From NCBI GenBank assembly GCA_030324005.1, contig JARDVH010000140.1, positions 30,016,982 through 30,080,981 on the forward strand: DNA of 64,000 nt, read 5' to 3'. Source of the stretch: Negaprion brevirostris. Its lineage: Eukaryota. Under the pieces are notes generated by a model. The model was given only the letters and a program-made list of their open reading frames with translations, made no database searches and was not told where the DNA came from. Positions 62,437 through 64,000 of this stretch are shown in pieces. Position 1 is the stretch's first letter, and each line of letters opens with the position of its first letter. Both the position numbers and the translations under genes were made by a program.

Positions 62437-62767
62437 AGTGTGACACAGTGGCTCAGTGGTTACAACCACTGCCTCACAGCACCAGGCACCCGGGTTCAAT
62501 TCTGGCCTCGACTGACTGTCTGTGTGGAGTTTGTTCATTCTCCCCACGTCTGAGTGGTTTTCTTCCAGATGCTCCGGTTTCCTCCCACAGTCCAAAGATA
62601 TGCGGGTCAGGATGATTGGCCATATTAAAATGCCTGTTGGTGTCAGGGGGATTAGCAGGGTAAATGCTTGGGGTTAAGGGGATAGGACCTGAGTGGGATT
62701 GTTGTCGATGCAGACTCAATGGGCCAAATGGCCTCCTTCTGCACTGTAGGGATTGTATGATTCTATG
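62437..62767 (+). mobile_element. HE1-type SINE inserted in a DeuSINE/SacSINE1-like tail (62375-62431 and 62765-62858)
   Basis: Full HE1; the flanks gctgccgtgttccctacattat | gactgcacttcaaaagtatttaattgg...taaatgcaagt rejoin as one tail. Confidence 0.88.
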
Positions 62768-63330
62768 ACTGCACTTCAAAAGTATTTAATTGGATCTAAA
62801 ACATTTTGTGGGATCATGAGGTTGCGTATGGTGCTGTGTAAATGCAAGTATTTCTTTTCATTTAGAAGAATGCAGTTGTATTTTTTTAATAGACAGTACA
62901 AACAAAATAGCACAAATTTCTTGATTTATAAAACGTTAAGTTGTGTTGGATGCTGGATTGAAGATTTCTTAAGCCCTAAACATACAAATAAATCATACGT
63001 ACAATGCAAGGCTGATGTTGACAGATGCAGAATGACATAGAGACTGCCTTTGGCATAAACAAATGCTTTTGATTGAGCAAAGTTTTGGAGGGAAATTCTC
63101 AGTTTGGCCTAAGGCCCTGTTCTGTTTATTCTTCCATGAAGTCTGAAACACTTAACAAATATTCAGAAGCAGAATCCCCCAGGCCAACCGCGACTTGCGT
63201 GGTTCATCTAGACTGCTGCCTAAAACTAAATGTTAGATAAGGAATTCATCTGACAAGTCAGACATCTCTGACTCAGTAAAAGCCATGACTAAGGCATGTT
63301 GTTTTGAGGGAATACGGTGATAGATCTACA

Positions 63331-63456
63331 GCCAGAATTTTACCGGCATTCCCAACCCAATTCCAGGGCGGGCGATGTTCGGAGAACGGCATTCTCCATT
63401 GGCCTCCGGTGGGATTGTACAAACCTTGGCCAGACACGCTGGTAAAATTCCGCCCT
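63331..63456. mobile_element. Short TIR element
   Basis: gccagaattttaccggc ... gctggtaaaattccgccc inverted ends. Confidence 0.65.
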
Positions 63457-64000
63457 CCATGTTGCATATTTAATTGCATGCTCTTTATCTGAGGATTGAA
63501 GTGTGTGAGCACAGAGAGATGTTTCTAATGATGTTTGGGGTCATTAGAACTCTTAGCTTTTTATAATTGACCGCATTGTCACAGTAAGCTACCACAACAT
63601 GTATGGTCTACAGAGCAGAGCTGCTGATTGTCAATCAGCGCAATGAACACCAAAGCCCATGCAAATCAGCTGTAAGGGTCCAGTGCTACACAGAACTGTA
63701 TCCTCCCTATACTTTTATGTTTATCGATGCGATCTGTCTACACTGTGCTTCTGCCAATGCAAAATGGCCTCCGATACCTGATGTGTGCATGAGCAGAATT
63801 CTACATTTTCAGATGCTGAAGATCTAGTGCCAGTTGGAACCTCTTCACCCAATTTCTCAGCCCTACAGTGGTACAGGCAGGGCACTGATCAGGATGGGGA
63901 AGCTTCTGATGCACGCAGTGATAGCTGCAATTCTGTTTGCAGCCCTGGGTCTTGTTTCTCCCGCACAGCACATTTACACAGCAACAGAGCAGGCAGGTGA

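Noticed and set aside
37971-62553. Long ORFs made mostly of X (38.1, 47.6, 56.0, 59.8 and 61.7 kb)
   Set aside because: Artefacts of N-gaps
7913-62767. tRNA-like A/B-box sequences
   Set aside because: All are SINE heads followed by SINE bodies; no complete tRNA cloverleaf seen
63813-63996. AG...GT-bounded open segment at the window end
   Set aside because: Peptide is unrelated to the next GALNT17 exon, weak pyrimidine tract, repeat-like context

Overview
Eukaryotic, repeat-rich intronic DNA from a cartilaginous fish, most likely a shark (inferred from abundant HE1-type SINEs, CR1/HER1-type LINE tails and shark-type Penelope fragments). It is a draft assembly with many N-gaps. The only confidently identified host coding sequence is one 198-bp plus-strand internal exon of GALNT17/WBSCR17 (33118-33315); the neighbouring exons were not found, so the rest is presumably its two flanking introns. 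These introns hold decayed Gypsy LTR elements, solo LTRs, CR1, L2, Rex/Babar, RTE and Penelope fragments, SINEs and non-autonomous TIR elements. Nearly all long ORFs in the track are repeat debris or N-gap artefacts. The most notable structures are a tail-to-tail pair of solo LTRs 18 bp apart forming a ~460-bp hairpin (18385-18848), an isolated CpG-rich promoter-like island with YY1 motifs and splice signals on both strands (~16270-16580), hammerhead-ribozyme remnants in Penelope pseudo-LTRs, and a family of short TIR elements. I see no evidence for a new protein-coding system. Repeat family names are from recalled consensus similarity rather than database searches, and repeat boundaries are approximate.
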